This document shows, in pieces, positions 39,552 through 53,920 of a DNA stretch of 64,000 nucleotides. Where the stretch lies: positions 60,264,001 to 60,328,000 of the forward strand of contig NC_043010.1 in the NCBI RefSeq assembly GCF_006345805.1, in the 5' to 3' direction. This stretch comes from Octopus sinensis. Taxonomy: Eukaryota. Position numbers and translations under genes: made by a program. The notes under the pieces were generated by a model, which worked only from the letters and a program-made list of their open reading frames with translations, was not told the origin of the DNA and ran no database searches. The number at the start of each line of letters is the position of its first letter. Positions within the stretch are counted from its first letter, which is position 1.

Positions 39552-41960
39552 ATGATGATCGCAACAATGACTATGTACACACTAATGTTGTTCATTGCAT
39601 ACACAAAGCTGCCAGTTGTTATTTCTGCAAATATTGTTTACCATATCAACGAAGAAGAGAGTCCTCATGCCTATATAGGAGACATTGCTGTTGATTCTAA
39701 CTTGTCACGTTCTCTCACACATCAGCAACACGCTCTTGTTACGTTTACACAACTGCAAAGGAAAGTGTCAAGTGGCTCTCACTTATTCAATGTGACCAAC
39801 ACAGGAAAACTATACACTACTCAGACACTGGATGCTGAGTCCCTGTGTATTTACATGAAAGAATGTTTTAAAATTGTCAAAGTAGCAGTGAGGAAAGCAG
39901 TAATATTTATTAAAATATTAACGATAAAAATCATTATAGAAGATATTAATGATCATCAACCACAGTTTCCAGAAGATCAAATAAAATTAGAATTTGATGA
40001 AACTGAGGGAAAAGGTTCAACAAAATCAATACCAAATGCTGTTGATAAAGACATTGGTCTTCTCAATTCTAACATCACATATAAACTGAAAGATAAAAGT
40101 AAGAAATTCTCACTATCCACATTTAAAGGATTTGATGGAGTAAACTTACTTAAAATAACCCTAGAAGGAATGTTAGACAGAGAATTAAAAGACACTTATA
40201 AGTTACAGTTGGTGGCTAAAGACAGAGGCTCTCCAACAAAAGAAGGTATATTGAACATAGAAATATCTGTTATAGATGTTAATGATAATCAGCCACAGTT
40301 TCCCCAACAAATATACAATATCTCTATTAGTGATACACATCACATATCTACTCCAATTTTTATCTTATCAGCTACAGACTTAGACTCAGGTAAAAATGGA
40401 GATATTACATATAACTTCTATCAAAGGGCAAGTTCTTATGCTGAAAAAAATTTTAAATTAACGTCAAATGGAGAAATTTTCCTAAACGAGAACTTTTATA
40501 AAGATAGGGGACAAATTTATAAACTATATATTCAAGCCATGGATAGAGGAAGACCTCCCTTAAGTTCGACAGCAATGTTGATTATTAATGTAATTAACAA
40601 TCAAAATAATGCCCCAAATATAAACATAGATTTTGTAGCTCCTCTAACAGAGACCTCTACAACTATTTCAGAAGCAAGTCAAATTGGGAGTTTTATAGCT
40701 TACGTTATGGTCATTGACACTGATAGTGGACCTAATGGACAAATAAAATGTAATATTCATCATAAAATGTTCCGGCTTTCTAATATGGGTTCTAAAGAAT
40801 ATAAAATATTGGTGAAAGAACCTCTTGACAGAGAAACTATAGACCATTATGTTGTTTCTATTGTATGTCATGACATGGGATCACCTCCATTAAAGACTAA
40901 GAAACAGTTCTCTGTCAAAGTAACTGATGTCAATGATGTAGAACCACATTTTACCAAAGAGACATTCCAATTCCTCACCTATGAAAACCAGAAAGTTGAC
41001 TTCCCTATTGGCTTCATCAATGCTACAGACCCAGATCTGGGAGATGGAGGCCAACTTACATATTCTATCATCAATGATAACAACAATGATAACATTCCTT
41101 TCCAACTGACAAAATATGGATTTATTTCTACATCACAACCAATAGATCGAGAAGTGAAAGACATCTATAATTTACAGGTTTTAGTCAAAGACAATGGAAC
41201 GCCCTCTTTGAATAACACTGCCAACATTCTTATAGAGATTCTAGATAAAAATGACAATGCACCTTATTTTATCTTTCCTAATAATGACCCTTACAATCTC
41301 GATGTCCACTACCATCCACACAGTAAGAAGGACATCACAATTCTGAAAGCATCTGACAAAGACACTGGAAACAATGCTTTCCTCACATATGGAATACTGA
41401 GATCCAATGATAAAAACCTGTTTACAGTGAACTCACACACTGGTGTGTTATCTTTCTCTCGCACAGTCTACCAAAATGATGCAGGAACATATGAGCTGCA
41501 GTTTATAGTGAAAGACGGTGGTACTCCAGTTCAATCAGCAACAACTGCTATCATACTAACACTGTTTGTTAGTAATGATACATCTCCAATGTTGAATGCT
41601 ATCCACTCACAGTCTGATAACAACCTGAATATGACTTGGATAATTATCATTGTAGCAGCAGCTGTAATACTATCTGTGGCTGTTGTAGTGTCAATAACAA
41701 TGTGTGTTTTCAAATGTATTAATCACTTCAATAATTCATCTGCAGAAAAAGATAATCCAAAATTTCTCTCAAGGACCGAAATGAGACAAATCTTGTATCA
41801 GACTAACAATCCTGTTGCAATAACAAGAAATGCAGAAGATATATTTGCCAGAAATCTTCAAGCAATAAATCCCAAAAGTCCTTATTATACAGAGACAGAA
41901 CAACCAATAAATGAATGGAAATTCTCAACAACACCCAGGAGGCTACCACCTACTCCTCAG
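39552..41960 (+). CDS. Pcdh: Protocadherin B, large coding exon; spliced protein ~884 aa
   Basis: Six cadherin repeats and TM; acceptor tttctag at 39529; phase-0 donor cag|gtatag; true start could be a later in-frame ATG (39555 or 39567). Confidence 0.96.
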
Positions 41961-42984
41961 GTATAGTTCACACAAATTTTTCTCTCTGTAATATATGACA
42001 TTTAAATTTTTTATTTATCTATCCTTTTAGATTGTATTTTTTTTCTAATGATTTTATATAATTTGTTTTCTTTGAGATCTTCAAGTCTTGAGGAACCTCA
42101 GAATTCTAAACTATATAGCCTTACATCAATGTTTAAAAAATCTTTCTGGACATATTAGAGTTAAAATTCACATTGAAAATATAATCAATTGAAAATTAGA
42201 ATTTTGAAGAGGAATAATTGTAATAATTGCTTGTGGGTTGACAAAATCATTTGATATGAGAAAAACCAAACAGTATATGATGCCTTTTTATGTTCTGAGT
42301 TCAAACCCAGCAAAAGCCAACTTTAACTTACATTATTTTAGAGTGATAAAATCAAGTAACAGTCAAGTATTGAGATCCATATTTTTCCTATTCCATTAAA
42401 TTTGAGCCTTGTAATCAATAATTGCAGTCCAAACCAGTTTTCTGTGATTCAAGATAAATTCTAAATTCCTCAACAAATTACCATTTAGGATATCTTAATC
42501 TGCTAGAAATAACAAAGAAATATCTCTGAAGTCCAAAACCACTATCTGAAATAATCAAATGGCACACTGGCTGATGTTGTCCAAGATAACCTTTAAAAAG
42601 ACAGTATGGTTTCAGCTTGAATGGATTATAGGTCTACTCAGAAAGGTTTGACTTTGGCTCAATGACAATAACCACATGTATGCTAAATAGTATAATATTC
42701 TACCTTGTGAAATAATTTTCAAAACTCTGCATTCAATTGAATATTTAAATTATTATCAAAAAAATGATATGATCCAATAGCTGTATTATTCTTTAATGTC
42801 CCTTCTTAACCATCTCAAATTTAATGAATTATGAAGATGATATTGCATATTTATATCTATTGATATATCTATTTAGCTTGATTTAGAGATGTTTTATAAA
42901 AAAAAATGTATGGAATTGATAATTTAAATGTACACACCTAAGCATATAAATTGTGAATGTAAATTTTTGTTACTTTCATGTTAG

Positions 42985-43141
42985 ATCTATAATAAGCAAG
43001 TTTCTGATGGGTCATGTGAACAAGGCGACAATAATAGTATTGTGACATCAAACAATCTAAGTGACACATTACCATCTCAAAAGGATCGCAACCGTGGATG
43101 GAATGAAGGAGATATTTCACATCAAACTTCAATAATATCAG
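42985..43141 (+). CDS. Pcdh: Protocadherin B, first cytoplasmic exon
   Basis: tactttcatgttag|IYNKQVSDGSCEQGDNNSIVTSNNLSDTLPSQKDRNRGWNEGDISHQTSIIS g|gtaatt. Confidence 0.87.
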
Positions 43142-43479
43142 GTAATTTGCCAAGTATTATCACTTTTACAGTGTTGAATTCTTATAAAGGCATTGGCACA
43201 GTTGTATCATAAATAAACAACTTTATAATAAAATATGAAATTGTTTCTTTATGATTCTAAATAGTTCACTAGTGAGAAAAATTTTAATCAAAAGGATTCA
43301 TAGTACAATAGTTGAGTGTTAAATATATTAAATGTTAAAGTTGAAGCAAATGGTTATTTAATTTGAACATATGGTTGATGAATTAGTTTTTTTAATATTT
43401 ATATATATATATATATATATATATTGTCTGTAAAAGACATAAATCAAAAAAAAGCACAGTCTAAGATGTAGAGCAGTAT

Positions 43480-45812
43480 ATATTAAGAATGGGTATGGCT
43501 GGTTTATGGGATTACCTTAGATTTCCTGTCCATAAAGGGTATAACTTTATGGCATATTATCAAATCCCAAAACCTGTTGGCCCAAAACCTCTTAAAAATA
43601 TGGAGGAGGAAATGCCTCTCTACTCAAAAGTAACAATTGGGAATCATCAGCCTTTGCTATTGGCTATCGACTTCCAGCTGTGCTACCATCTTGTGGGCTC
43701 CAAAAGGCTAGCAGATACCTCCTGAAATATAAACATGGCCCAAAAATCTTTGTTCTGGAGTGACGGATTTCTTCAGGATTCTTGCCTGTCCAGCTATACA
43801 TAACTTACAACACTTTGTCCCGTTGATGTAGGAACCTGGGTTCTTGAGGATTTTCCATAAGATTGAGTATGGAATCTCATCATTTCTTAGTTGCCAGATG
43901 TGGCTAGCCAGTGATGTTACGGAACTCTGAAGGAGGACCTGTGGTTGGAGTGACATTGCTTCAAAGAGTTTGCGGGACATCCAATGTCTCTCCATGGGCG
44001 TGTGTTGCTGATGCTATGTCTGTATCTGCTGCTACAGCTGTTGCTGCTGCTACTGACAGCATTGTTGTTGGAGCTGGGACTGCTGCTGTTGGCATTGCTG
44101 GAGGTGGTGGTAGAGGCATCAGTAATGGTATTGCCATTGCCAGTTATGATGCAGGTACTGTTGTTGTTATTGTGGTCCTCGTCATTAGTGGGAGAGTTGC
44201 CATTGCTGATAGCAGTGTCATTAGCTCTGGTTCTGCTGGTGTTTCTGCTGGGGCCACTGTCATTGCTGCTGCTGTTGCCATTATTGTCATTATTGCTGTG
44301 ATTGCTGGTGGTGGCACTGGACCTGTTGCTGCTGCTACAGGGGTTGTCGGGTCTACTACTGTGGACGTCAGGGAAGCTGTTGGTAATGCTGCTGCTGATG
44401 GCGAAGTTGCTGTTGAGCCAATGCTGCTTTTGTTATTACTGGTAATGTTGTTAACTGTGGTGATGGTGGCGGTGTTGCTGGTACTGTTCTCATATTTACA
44501 GCTGCTACTACTTCTACCTGTGGTATTGCCAGGGTTTGCTAGTACTTTGGCTTCATAGACGACCCCCCTTGGTTTCACAGTGGTCTCCTACCAGACATCT
44601 GTTGTGGTCTTGGCATGAACATCCTGCCTCTTCCCCATGGCCTAGGGGCACTAACTAGGATGCTCTTAATATTGGGGGCATAGCTAAATGAAACTCTAAT
44701 GTTGTGCCTGTTGAAAATGGACCTGTATCTATGGGAGATAGTGAAATGCTTATAATTTAAGGATTATACTATCTATGGGTTATTGAGTTGAGAGAGAAGT
44801 GGGGGTGAGGGCAAACCAAATGGTATTTCTGCAGTGCTTCTTTCTGCAGCATGTAGGAGATGCAGTCCCTAAATCTGCTGGCAGCTAGGGCCTCGTTATA
44901 GTACGGGGTCATTGCATCAAAAATCTCTTCATTGGAGGAAAGGTTTGTGATCCTCTTACTAACACACTTCCCCAGGTTTTTGAACATGATAAGTGGATGG
45001 AAGGAGGCTGTGTTAATGTATGTTAGTTTCTCATTTGGTTTGCAGTAGGGCCTGTATGTACCGGAGCCCAAGACGAGTGTGACATCTAAGAAGTCCGCAG
45101 TTGTGAGGTTGGTTTCTATTGTGATTTTCAATCTCATGGAGGCAAACGTGCTGATTAGATCTTTTCTCAGCCTGTCTATGGTATGTGCATTTGCTCCCCT
45201 AGAGATGGCCAGAGTATCATCTCTGTTGAATACAAAGAGGACAGAAAGGAACTTTCTCCTAAGGGTGTCAAGGTTATATAATCCAATGAGGTTACATATG
45301 TCAGCACTGTTGAAGGCCCCCCACTACTACATCAAAGGAGCCTGTGGGGTTGGATTGTTCGACCCATGCTGTCTTTCTGGCATGCATAATGACTTTTATA
45401 TCTCTGTCACTGATGTCAGTGAAGCCCCTAGTAAAAGAAAGCTTCTTGGCCAGTAGTCTTTTTGATACAGACAGATAAAAGTCGACTATATCAAACTGGG
45501 TAAACCTTGCTCTGCCTCTTCCCTTGTTGGTGTTAAACCATGCAGTCACTTCATTGATGTTGCACCACAAGGATAGGCTGGTGGCCCTCCTTATGTCATT
45601 ATTGATATTTTCAATATGTGCTTGGTCACCAGACCAATCTTGGATTTGGCCAGATTGATCAGGCAGCATTTAGGGTTTGAGGCAAAGTTCGGTTTATGGT
45701 CTTTTATGGTAATGAAGGCATTTTTTTTATCTAATGATACACCATAAAGCTAAACCCTTTATGGATGGGAAACCTAACATAATCCCATAAACCGGCCTTC
45801 CCCATTTTTTAT
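43480..45812 (-). mobile_element. Penelope-like retroelement remnant bounded by ~80 bp inverted repeats, in the last intron of gene B
   Basis: Minus strand: FTQFDIVDFY, LKITIETNLTTADFLDVTL, YRPYCKPNEKLTYIN, TSLASHIWQL...WKIL...CKLC (GIY-YIG end); 43480-43562 pairs with 45735-45812. Confidence 0.88.
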
Positions 45813-45883
45813 ATATGTGTGTGCGTGTGTGTAAACATTTTCCTTTCAAAACTATTTTAAAAATACTTTTCTGTATGTTTCAG

Positions 45884-45972
45884 AATACAGTAACTACACA
45901 CCAAACATACCTCCTACACCAAAGAGTGATCATGAACAAGATACATATCTAGAACCTGTATATAAGAAATAG
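45884..45972 (+). CDS. Pcdh: Protocadherin B, last coding exon
   Basis: tttcag|(E)YSNYTPNIPPTPKSDHEQDTYLEPVYKK*. Confidence 0.88.
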
Positions 45973-46309
45973 CAAACTCAAAATTAGCCAAATTTTGATT
46001 CTTTATCATAGAAATTATTAATTTACATTGAGATGTAACATCAAACATTACTAATAGTAGTATTAAGATAATTATAATTTACCATCAAACATGATATAAA
46101 TGAATTCATCAAACTTTATATATCAAAAATATCTATTTGCAGTTATTTACATGGAGACTATGCCTTAGCTGTAAAGTGAATGAAATCATTATAATTCTAA
46201 ATGCTCACAAATATTTCATAGATCCTTTTTAAGGCCATTTTTATACAATGGGTGTACTTGTATAGATAATTACTATAAGAAATATGTTCTGCTATATTTC
46301 TTTCATACT

Positions 46310-46558
46310 TTAACGCCCTTCTCTCCTAGCATAAAGCTACCTTTCTGGGGGAACATAGTCTTGCAAGATAAATGCTGAGCTCTTTGGTGCTGGTGGCATG
46401 AAAAAAAGCACCCAATAAATGTTGTAAAGTGGTTGGTGTTAGAACAGGCATCCAGCCATAGAAATCATGCCAAAGTGGATAGTGGACCCCATTGCAGTCC
46501 TGTCAAACCATTCAGGTCATGAACATGGGTTGAAACATTGAAGTTTAATGATGAAGAT
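46310..46558 (+). mobile_element. Degenerate RTE-related 3' UTR / SINE fragment
   Basis: ggtggcatgaaaaaaagcaccc...gtggttggtgttagaacaggcatccagccatagaaa matches 15810-15880 and 59290-59360. Confidence 0.7.
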
Positions 46559-47072
46559 AAATTGGATTTCCCATGAAAATTCTGATTTCAAATTGATCAT
46601 AATATATTATAATGCATATAATCCAACATGCTACCATATTTGTCCAAGTTTATTTTGAGTATTATAATTTTAGTTGATATTTTAAATTTACTTTTAAAAT
46701 TATGAATAAATAAAAATAACAGATAAAATTACTGCAATTTTTCAGTTTTCCTAAAATTTTAAATGAATTATTAGTAATTCAATAATTACTGTAAGAACTA
46801 TTGGAAAATAGCTGTTAAGGATAAAAATCAAAAAGACTATATATCACAAAAATGTGTGTGTGTGTATGTTTAGACAGATATGCGTGAGTGAATTTAGAAT
46901 TATGTATATGGTACAATCTGATGATTATATGCTACATTCAGTTATAGACCAAAATATATTTCACTTTAGATCAAAAACAATCTTCATTTATAAGGAAAAA
47001 TAATTTTTGAATATATATATACAATATACAAAGTTAAATAGAATTCCCTAACATGAAACTGCTACCCAACTA

Positions 47073-47199
47073 TGACTCACAAATCTACACAACCAAGATA
47101 CTGCTATTGTAGCATTATTACAGCAGCAGTTACACTGGAACACTACGCCATGATGAATGTCTTCTCTAAGGGACAAGAACAAAGGATTAAGCAAAATAG
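47073..47199 (+). promoter_or_regulatory. Putative promoter (AP-1 site) and non-coding exon 1 of protocadherin C
   Basis: ctaTGACTCACAAatct at 47073, gcagtt near 47128, ggaacactacgccatgatgaatgtctt shared with gene A, donor ag|gtaagt. Confidence 0.72.
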
Positions 47200-48289
47200 G
47201 TAAGTTGCTTTACATTACAATTTCATATAAATTGTTTAGATAATATATTGAAGTAGAAGTATTTGATAACAGTTAAAATTGTGCACCTACAGAATAAATA
47301 TACAAAGAAGGAGAAAAGAAAAAAGACATTAATTCCCCCAGTATCAAGAGCAGCTACTGGAATAGTAGTATAGCTACTTCTATAACAAAGATGCCTTTTT
47401 ACAGTTACCATTACACAAAAATTCTGGTTTGTCAAGTAGAATTTAATTGATCATTTATTTTCAATATTAGTTGTATGAAGTGTTACCATTTTAAGTGGTT
47501 CTCAGTACATGTTTAATTATCTCATTAATATGTATCAATTATAGTAACAATAATGAAGTCATTTAATTAATTTTTATCTGCAATCAACATTTGCACCATG
47601 CATATTGAAATACAAAAATATAATATACTGAATTACAAAATGTTTGTTCAGAATAATATTGAGAAATTTTGTTAAAAAACACTTTAAAATTTTAGGATGT
47701 AAAATACATAAATAATATTGTATATTCATGTAATAATTATGCTCTCATTCACTATATAGATGTTTTCTTTTCAATGAGTCAACAAATTCATTTTGATTAC
47801 AAGTTACAGTTCTTTCTGTAATTAATTTATAACTGATATTTAATTTAGCACTTTTTTTCATGCCTAATAAATATTGTATATTAGCATAGTAATTTAAATC
47901 AATATTCAAAATCAGGTATATAAAACAGTATATAACTCAAAGTATATTCTTTAAATACCCAACCCAATTAGGAATTTGAAGAATATACTTTGATTTCTTA
48001 ACAAAACCCTATTAGAAATATGAAGCCATTGTTTACTTTCAATTTTCTTCATTATATTTTTGTCATTTTAGTTATGATTCTTAGTTTAAACATTATTTCC
48101 TCACATCACTTTGACGAGAACCATAATTTGGAAAAGACAACCATCATCTTCTTCACATCGTTGTTTTATGTTTATATTGGATCATCGGGGTTTTTTTTAG
48201 GTCATTTGTGTGAATTTAGAAAAGAAGCATAGATTATCAAAGAAAAGCTGTATTAGCAAATAAATTGGCACAAATAATATTGAGAATCC

Positions 48290-49250
48290 TTTTATCACAT
48301 CTATTTTATGAATCCACCATTAACATTAATGGTTGCTTCAATATGGAGTCAGAAGCATTGACATGCCCAAATCAGGTGGCCTTGATCGATTTTGGACATA
48401 GTGCTGGTTATGTTGGACTTGAGAAATTGCATGGTGTTATGGAGATGTTGACTGACCTCTCTCTCAACTGGCCCCACATGTAATGGTCCAATGGATTGAG
48501 GTCTAGAGAGCCAGGAAGCCATGTGTCTGGGAGAACATGATCATGGAGATTGGCATACATTCATGTTTGGGTTGTCCTAGTCTTATGAGACAATGCGGAG
48601 TCCTGTAGGAAGATATACAGTCTTCCATTGCATACTCTGCCTAATCAGGGCCTCACAACTTTCTCCAACACCTCTCTGTAGACAGCAACATTGTCTCTTA
48701 AGCCTTGTGAAAAGATACGTGGATGCATGACATTTTCCTTGTTGCTGACGACTCCCAGAACCATCACAGTTACTGAGAATTTATTACGCATGACTGTTGG
48801 AACATCATTCAGATATCTGTATAACTATGTGACATTCCTTTGGTTTACCCTTTTGGCCCAGACTGAAGTGTTTCTCATTGGAGCCTTTTTTTCACATTCC
48901 AGCCTTTTGGTATTTTAATTCATTCAACAAACACTTCACATGGATAGAACAATTCTCACTTGTCACATGCAACTTGTACAGGATGTCCTCATGCACATCT
49001 CTTCTGATGGTGATTTTGAAAGCTTAAGGTCCATTGCAATGGCTCTGATCGAACCATTGGGGATTTTATTGATTGTTTCTTGAACATTTTGTACAACATC
49101 TGTGTTCTGATGGTATTAGGACATTTTGTATGTGTTTTACATTAAAGTACATTTTCTTAAAGTGCAATATGGTTGACTCAAAATTACTCAAAATGTCAGT
49201 CCTCCTCCACAAAAGTAAAGAGAGATCATATTTTATAACTATTATCTATT
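48290..49250 (-). mobile_element. Degenerate Tc1/mariner-superfamily transposase fragment
   Basis: Minus strand YIFLQDSALSHKT and WLPGSLDLNPLDHYMWGQL (WPxxSPDLNP-like motif). Confidence 0.75.
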
Positions 49251-49427
49251 ATAACCCATATAAATCCTGTAACTGCATGTTCAAAAACATTTATAATGAA
49301 AGGAATTATATCACCAGAGCTGTAGCAAAACACTCTTTTAATAACAGCTTCACCCATCTCCCAAATGCTACAGACATAAAAAATACACATTATGCATCAA
49401 AGTCATTTCAATATCAATAATTACAAT

Positions 49428-49860
49428 AAGGTAGGGAGCTGATAGAATTGTTAGCATACCAAGCAAAATGCTTAGTGGCATTTCATCCATTTTACATTCT
49501 AAATTCAAATTCTGTCACGGTTAACTTTGTCTTTCTTCCCTTCAGGGACATTAAAAAAAGTATTGAATACTGAGATCAATGTAGCCAACTTACCCATCCC
49601 CTAAAATTGCTGGCTCTGTGCCAAAATTTGAAACCATTATTAATAATAACATAAGGTGGTGAGCTGGCAGAACCATTAGCATGCCAGGCAAAATGCTTTG
49701 CAGCATTTCATCTGTAACTGAGTTCAAATTCTGCCGAGTTTGACCTCTACATTTCAACCTTTTGGGATTGACAAAATAAGTAGCAATTGGCCACGGTGGT
49801 TGATTACATCAACTTACCTCCTTCCTCTGAAATTACTGGCCTTGTGCCAAAGTCTGAAAC
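49428..49860 (+). mobile_element. Two tandem SINE copies
   Basis: aaggtagggagctgatagaattgttagc and aaggtggtgagctggcagaaccattagc heads with ttcaaattc B-box-like motifs. Confidence 0.8.
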
Positions 49861-50479
49861 ATTAATAATTGCATTATGTTTAAGAGCTGTGCTCTGTGAA
49901 TCCTTAAAAAAAAGTTATCAAATGAGTTTGCAGTTATTCGGAGCAAGATGGATAAAAAATATTGAGGAAATATCCCTGAAGCTCAGTGTAATTTATGCAA
50001 CCATTGACTTAAATTGAGGGACATTAACCATGTCTATTTCACCAGTTACAATGGGGTCTGCAATGGACATGGGCAAAACTTTTCCTTCTGGCTAAAAATT
50101 AAAAAAACAACTTTTTTAAAAATCTTTCTCATATTGCAGAACAGAACAAAAAAAAAAATGTAATTGGCCAATTCTGTACTTGAATATAAATAATTGCACT
50201 TGATTAACAACAAAAATAATCTAAATGATGTGGTATAATTTTAGGGATATGTTTCAAATGAAGAAATTCATATTAATTTCGATAGCAGTTAAAAAAGGGA
50301 TATCATTAAAAAGGCCACTATTTCATCATAGAATTAAGAAAACAAACGAAAAATGATTATATAAACACTGAGCTGCATCACTTAAAAGCTATTGAGAAAT
50401 TCCAATACAGTGTGTAGTGTTCAATCGAACATATTCAATAATTTTTATACACCATAAAAGCAATAGTAAGAGAAAATAG

Positions 50480-50491
50480 GGGAGGTAACTC
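50480..50491 (+). promoter_or_regulatory. GGGRRRYAACTC motif in intron 1 of gene C
   Basis: gggaggtaactc; function inferred only. Confidence 0.35.
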
Positions 50492-51520
50492 TAAAGTTTT
50501 AGAACGTTTTAAAAATATGCATTTTTATGAGTTGATTCATAAAAGTAAGATATGAGAATGAAACTTAAAAAGAAGGTAATTATTTCAGAACCAGTTTTGC
50601 AAGAAGTATCACAAATTGCAAATATTTATATAATGAGTAGGTCTTTATTAAGTTTTACTTTAGTGAAGTAAAATTTTATTGACCCCAGAAGGAAGGAAAG
50701 CAAAGCTAACATTGGTGGTATTTCAACTCAGAATGTCAAGAGATGTGACAAATAGCAAACTGGGTGATGCTCTAATCATTCTACCTATCAAACACAACGT
50801 CATTCTTTAATGATAAAAATAGTCCCATATAAGATATATAGAAGAAACAGATTCACTTGCCATACTGAGTTGGTTCAGTTTTCAAATCATTCTTCTCTCC
50901 AAACTTTTACAGGCACAACTCATTATTAGTAAAATATTTAGTTTAGTTTAGTAAAATATGTTTACCTTTAGTTTATCATCTAGTTATAAAGATACTCATA
51001 CCAGTTCAATTTGTGTTTTGTGTCATAATCACACTTGCATCTCAGTAATTTATTTTTTACATTTTGATATTGTCTTATGTTTTCTTAAATTAATCAACAC
51101 TTCATTCTCATTTACATAATTTGTGTTATACAAAATAGTTGAAAACTATACTTTATAATTTAGATAGTATTAAGTTAAATTTTCAGAATAAAAGATATTG
51201 ATGTGAGCTAGTGGCTATGACATTTTGTGAATTTACTTTTCCTTTAGCTAACAGGTAACATGCAACTGTGGAGACTGATAAAATTTTAAAAATCAATCAG
51301 GCCATTACCTTGACTATATCTTCAGTTTAACAAGTTCATTTATCAATCAAAAATTTAAGACATTTCTAGAAATCTTAATTATGACTGAAAAGTAAGGAGG
51401 ATTTTATATAAGATAAGTACATTTTGCAATACTTTAAAACGTATTTGTGTGAATAAGTTAATATTTTAATATTTCATTTTAGATATATGGATTTATGAAT
51501 TGTAATAATGAATTACAATA

Positions 51521-53920
51521 ATGAGTGTAATCAACACTCTGCAGCTTTACATTCTGTATGGGATAATGTATCCAGTCGTGTGCATAGAAATTATATACCA
51601 TGTCAATGAAGAAGACAGTCCACACACATATATAGGAGACATTGCTGCTGACTCCAACTTATCACACCCTCTCACACATCAACAACACACTCTCATTACA
51701 TTTACACAACTGCAAAGGAAAGTGTCAAGTGGGTCTCAATTATTCAATGTCACCAACTCAGGAAAACTCTACACTACTCAAACACTGGATGCTGAGTCTC
51801 TGTGTACATACAACAAGGAATGTTCCAGAATTGTTAAAGTAGCAGTGAGGAAAACAGGAACATTTATAAAGATATTGAAGATAAAAATAATTATAGAAGA
51901 TATCAACGATCATCAACCACAGTTTCCAGATGATCAAATTAAAATAGAGTTTTATGAGACGGATGTAAAAGGATTTTCAAAATCAATACCAAATGCTGTT
52001 GATAAAGACATTGGTCTTCTCAATTCTAACATCACATACAGACTCGATGATAAAAGCAAGAAATTCTCACTATCCATATTTAAAGGATTTGATGGAATAA
52101 ACTTACTTAAAATAACTCTAGAAGGAATGTTAGACAGAGAAGAAATTCACAGTTACATGTTACATTTAGTAGCTAAAGATGGAGGTACTCCACCAAAAGA
52201 AAGTATATTGAACATATATATTTCTGTTACAGATGTTAATGACAACCAACCAATGTTTACACAAAAATCATATAATACTACCATCACCGACACACATCAC
52301 ATATCTTCTCCTGTGATTCTTTTATCTGCAACAGATTTAGATTCTGGTCAAAATGGGAACATTACTTACTATTTACATAGAAATACAAATAAATATGCCA
52401 GAAAACATTTCAAATTAAATTCTAAAACAGGAGAAATTTTCATCAATGATAATTTCTTTAGAAATAAAGAAAATAAATATCAATTGTACATTGAAGCCAG
52501 AGATGGTGGAAATCCTTCATTAAGCTCCATGGCAATGTTAATTATTAATATCATTAACAATCAAAATAATGTTCCATCTATAAATATAGATTTTGTATCA
52601 CCTTTAACAGAGACCTCTACTGCTGTTTCAGAAGCAAGTCAAATTGGTAGTTTTATAGCTTATGTTATGGTTACTGACACTGATAGTGGACCTAATGGAC
52701 AAATTAAATGTAATATTCACCATAAAATGTTCCAGCTTTCAAATATGGGTTCTAAAGAATATAAAATATTGGTGAAAGAACCTCTTGACAGAGAAACTAT
52801 AGACCATTATGTTGTTTCTATTGTATGTCATGACATGGGATCACCTCCATTAAAGACTAAGAAACAGTTCTCTGTCAAAGTAACTGATGTCAATGATGTA
52901 GAACCACATTTTACCAAAGAGACATTCCAATTCCTCACCTATGAAAACCAGAAAGTTGACTTCCCTATTGGCTTCATCAATGCTACAGACCCTGATCTTG
53001 GAGATGGAGGCCAACTTACATATTCTATCATCAATGATAACAACAATGATAACATTCCTTTCCAACTGACAAAATATGGATTTATTTCTACATCACAACC
53101 AATAGATCGAGAAGTGAAAGACATCTATAATTTACAAGTTTTAGTCAAAGATAATGGAACACCTTCTCTGAACAACACTGCTAACATTCTTATTGAGATT
53201 CTAGATAAAAATGATAATGCACCTTATTTCATCTTTCCTAACAATGACCCTTACAATCTAGATGTCCACTACCATCCACACAGTAAGAAGGACATCACAA
53301 TTCTGAAAGCATCTGACAAAGACACTGGAAACAATGCTTTCCTCACATATGGAATACTGAGATCCAATGATAAAAACCTGTTTACAGTGAACTCACACAC
53401 TGGTGTGTTATCTTTCTCTCGCACAGTTTACCAAAATGATGCAGGAACATATGAACTGCAGTTTATAGTGAAAGACGGTGGTACTCCAGTTCAATCAGCA
53501 ACAACTGCTATCATACTAACACTGTTTGTTAGTAATGATACATCTCCAATGTTGAATGCTATCCACTCACAGTCTGATAACAACCTGAATATGACTTGGA
53601 TAATTATCATTGTAGCAGCAGCTGTAATACTATCTGTGGCTGTTGTAGTGTCCATAACAATGTGTGTTTTTAGATGTATTAATCACATCAATAATTCATC
53701 TGCAGAAAAAAATAATCCAAAATTTCTCTCTCAAACTGAGATGAGACAAATTCTGTATCAGACTAACAATCCTGTTGCAATAACTCGGAATGCAGAAGAC
53801 ATATTTGCCAGAAATCTTCAATCTATAAATCCTAAAAGCCCATATTATCCAGAGATAGACCAGTTAAGTGGTGAATGGAAATTCTCAACAACACACAGGA
53901 GACTTCCATCCATTCCACAA
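51521..53920 (+). CDS. Pcdh: Protocadherin C, large coding exon; spliced protein ~873 aa
   Basis: Six cadherin repeats and TM; acceptor ttttag at 51482; phase-0 donor caa|gtatgt (the last 27 aa of the listed ORF are intron read-through). Confidence 0.96.

Noticed and set aside
43911-44578. 215 aa Ala/Val/Gly-rich ORF and antisense 144 aa Thr-rich mucin-like ORF
   Set aside because: Low-complexity triplet-repeat linker inside the Penelope remnant; open frames on both strands follow from its composition
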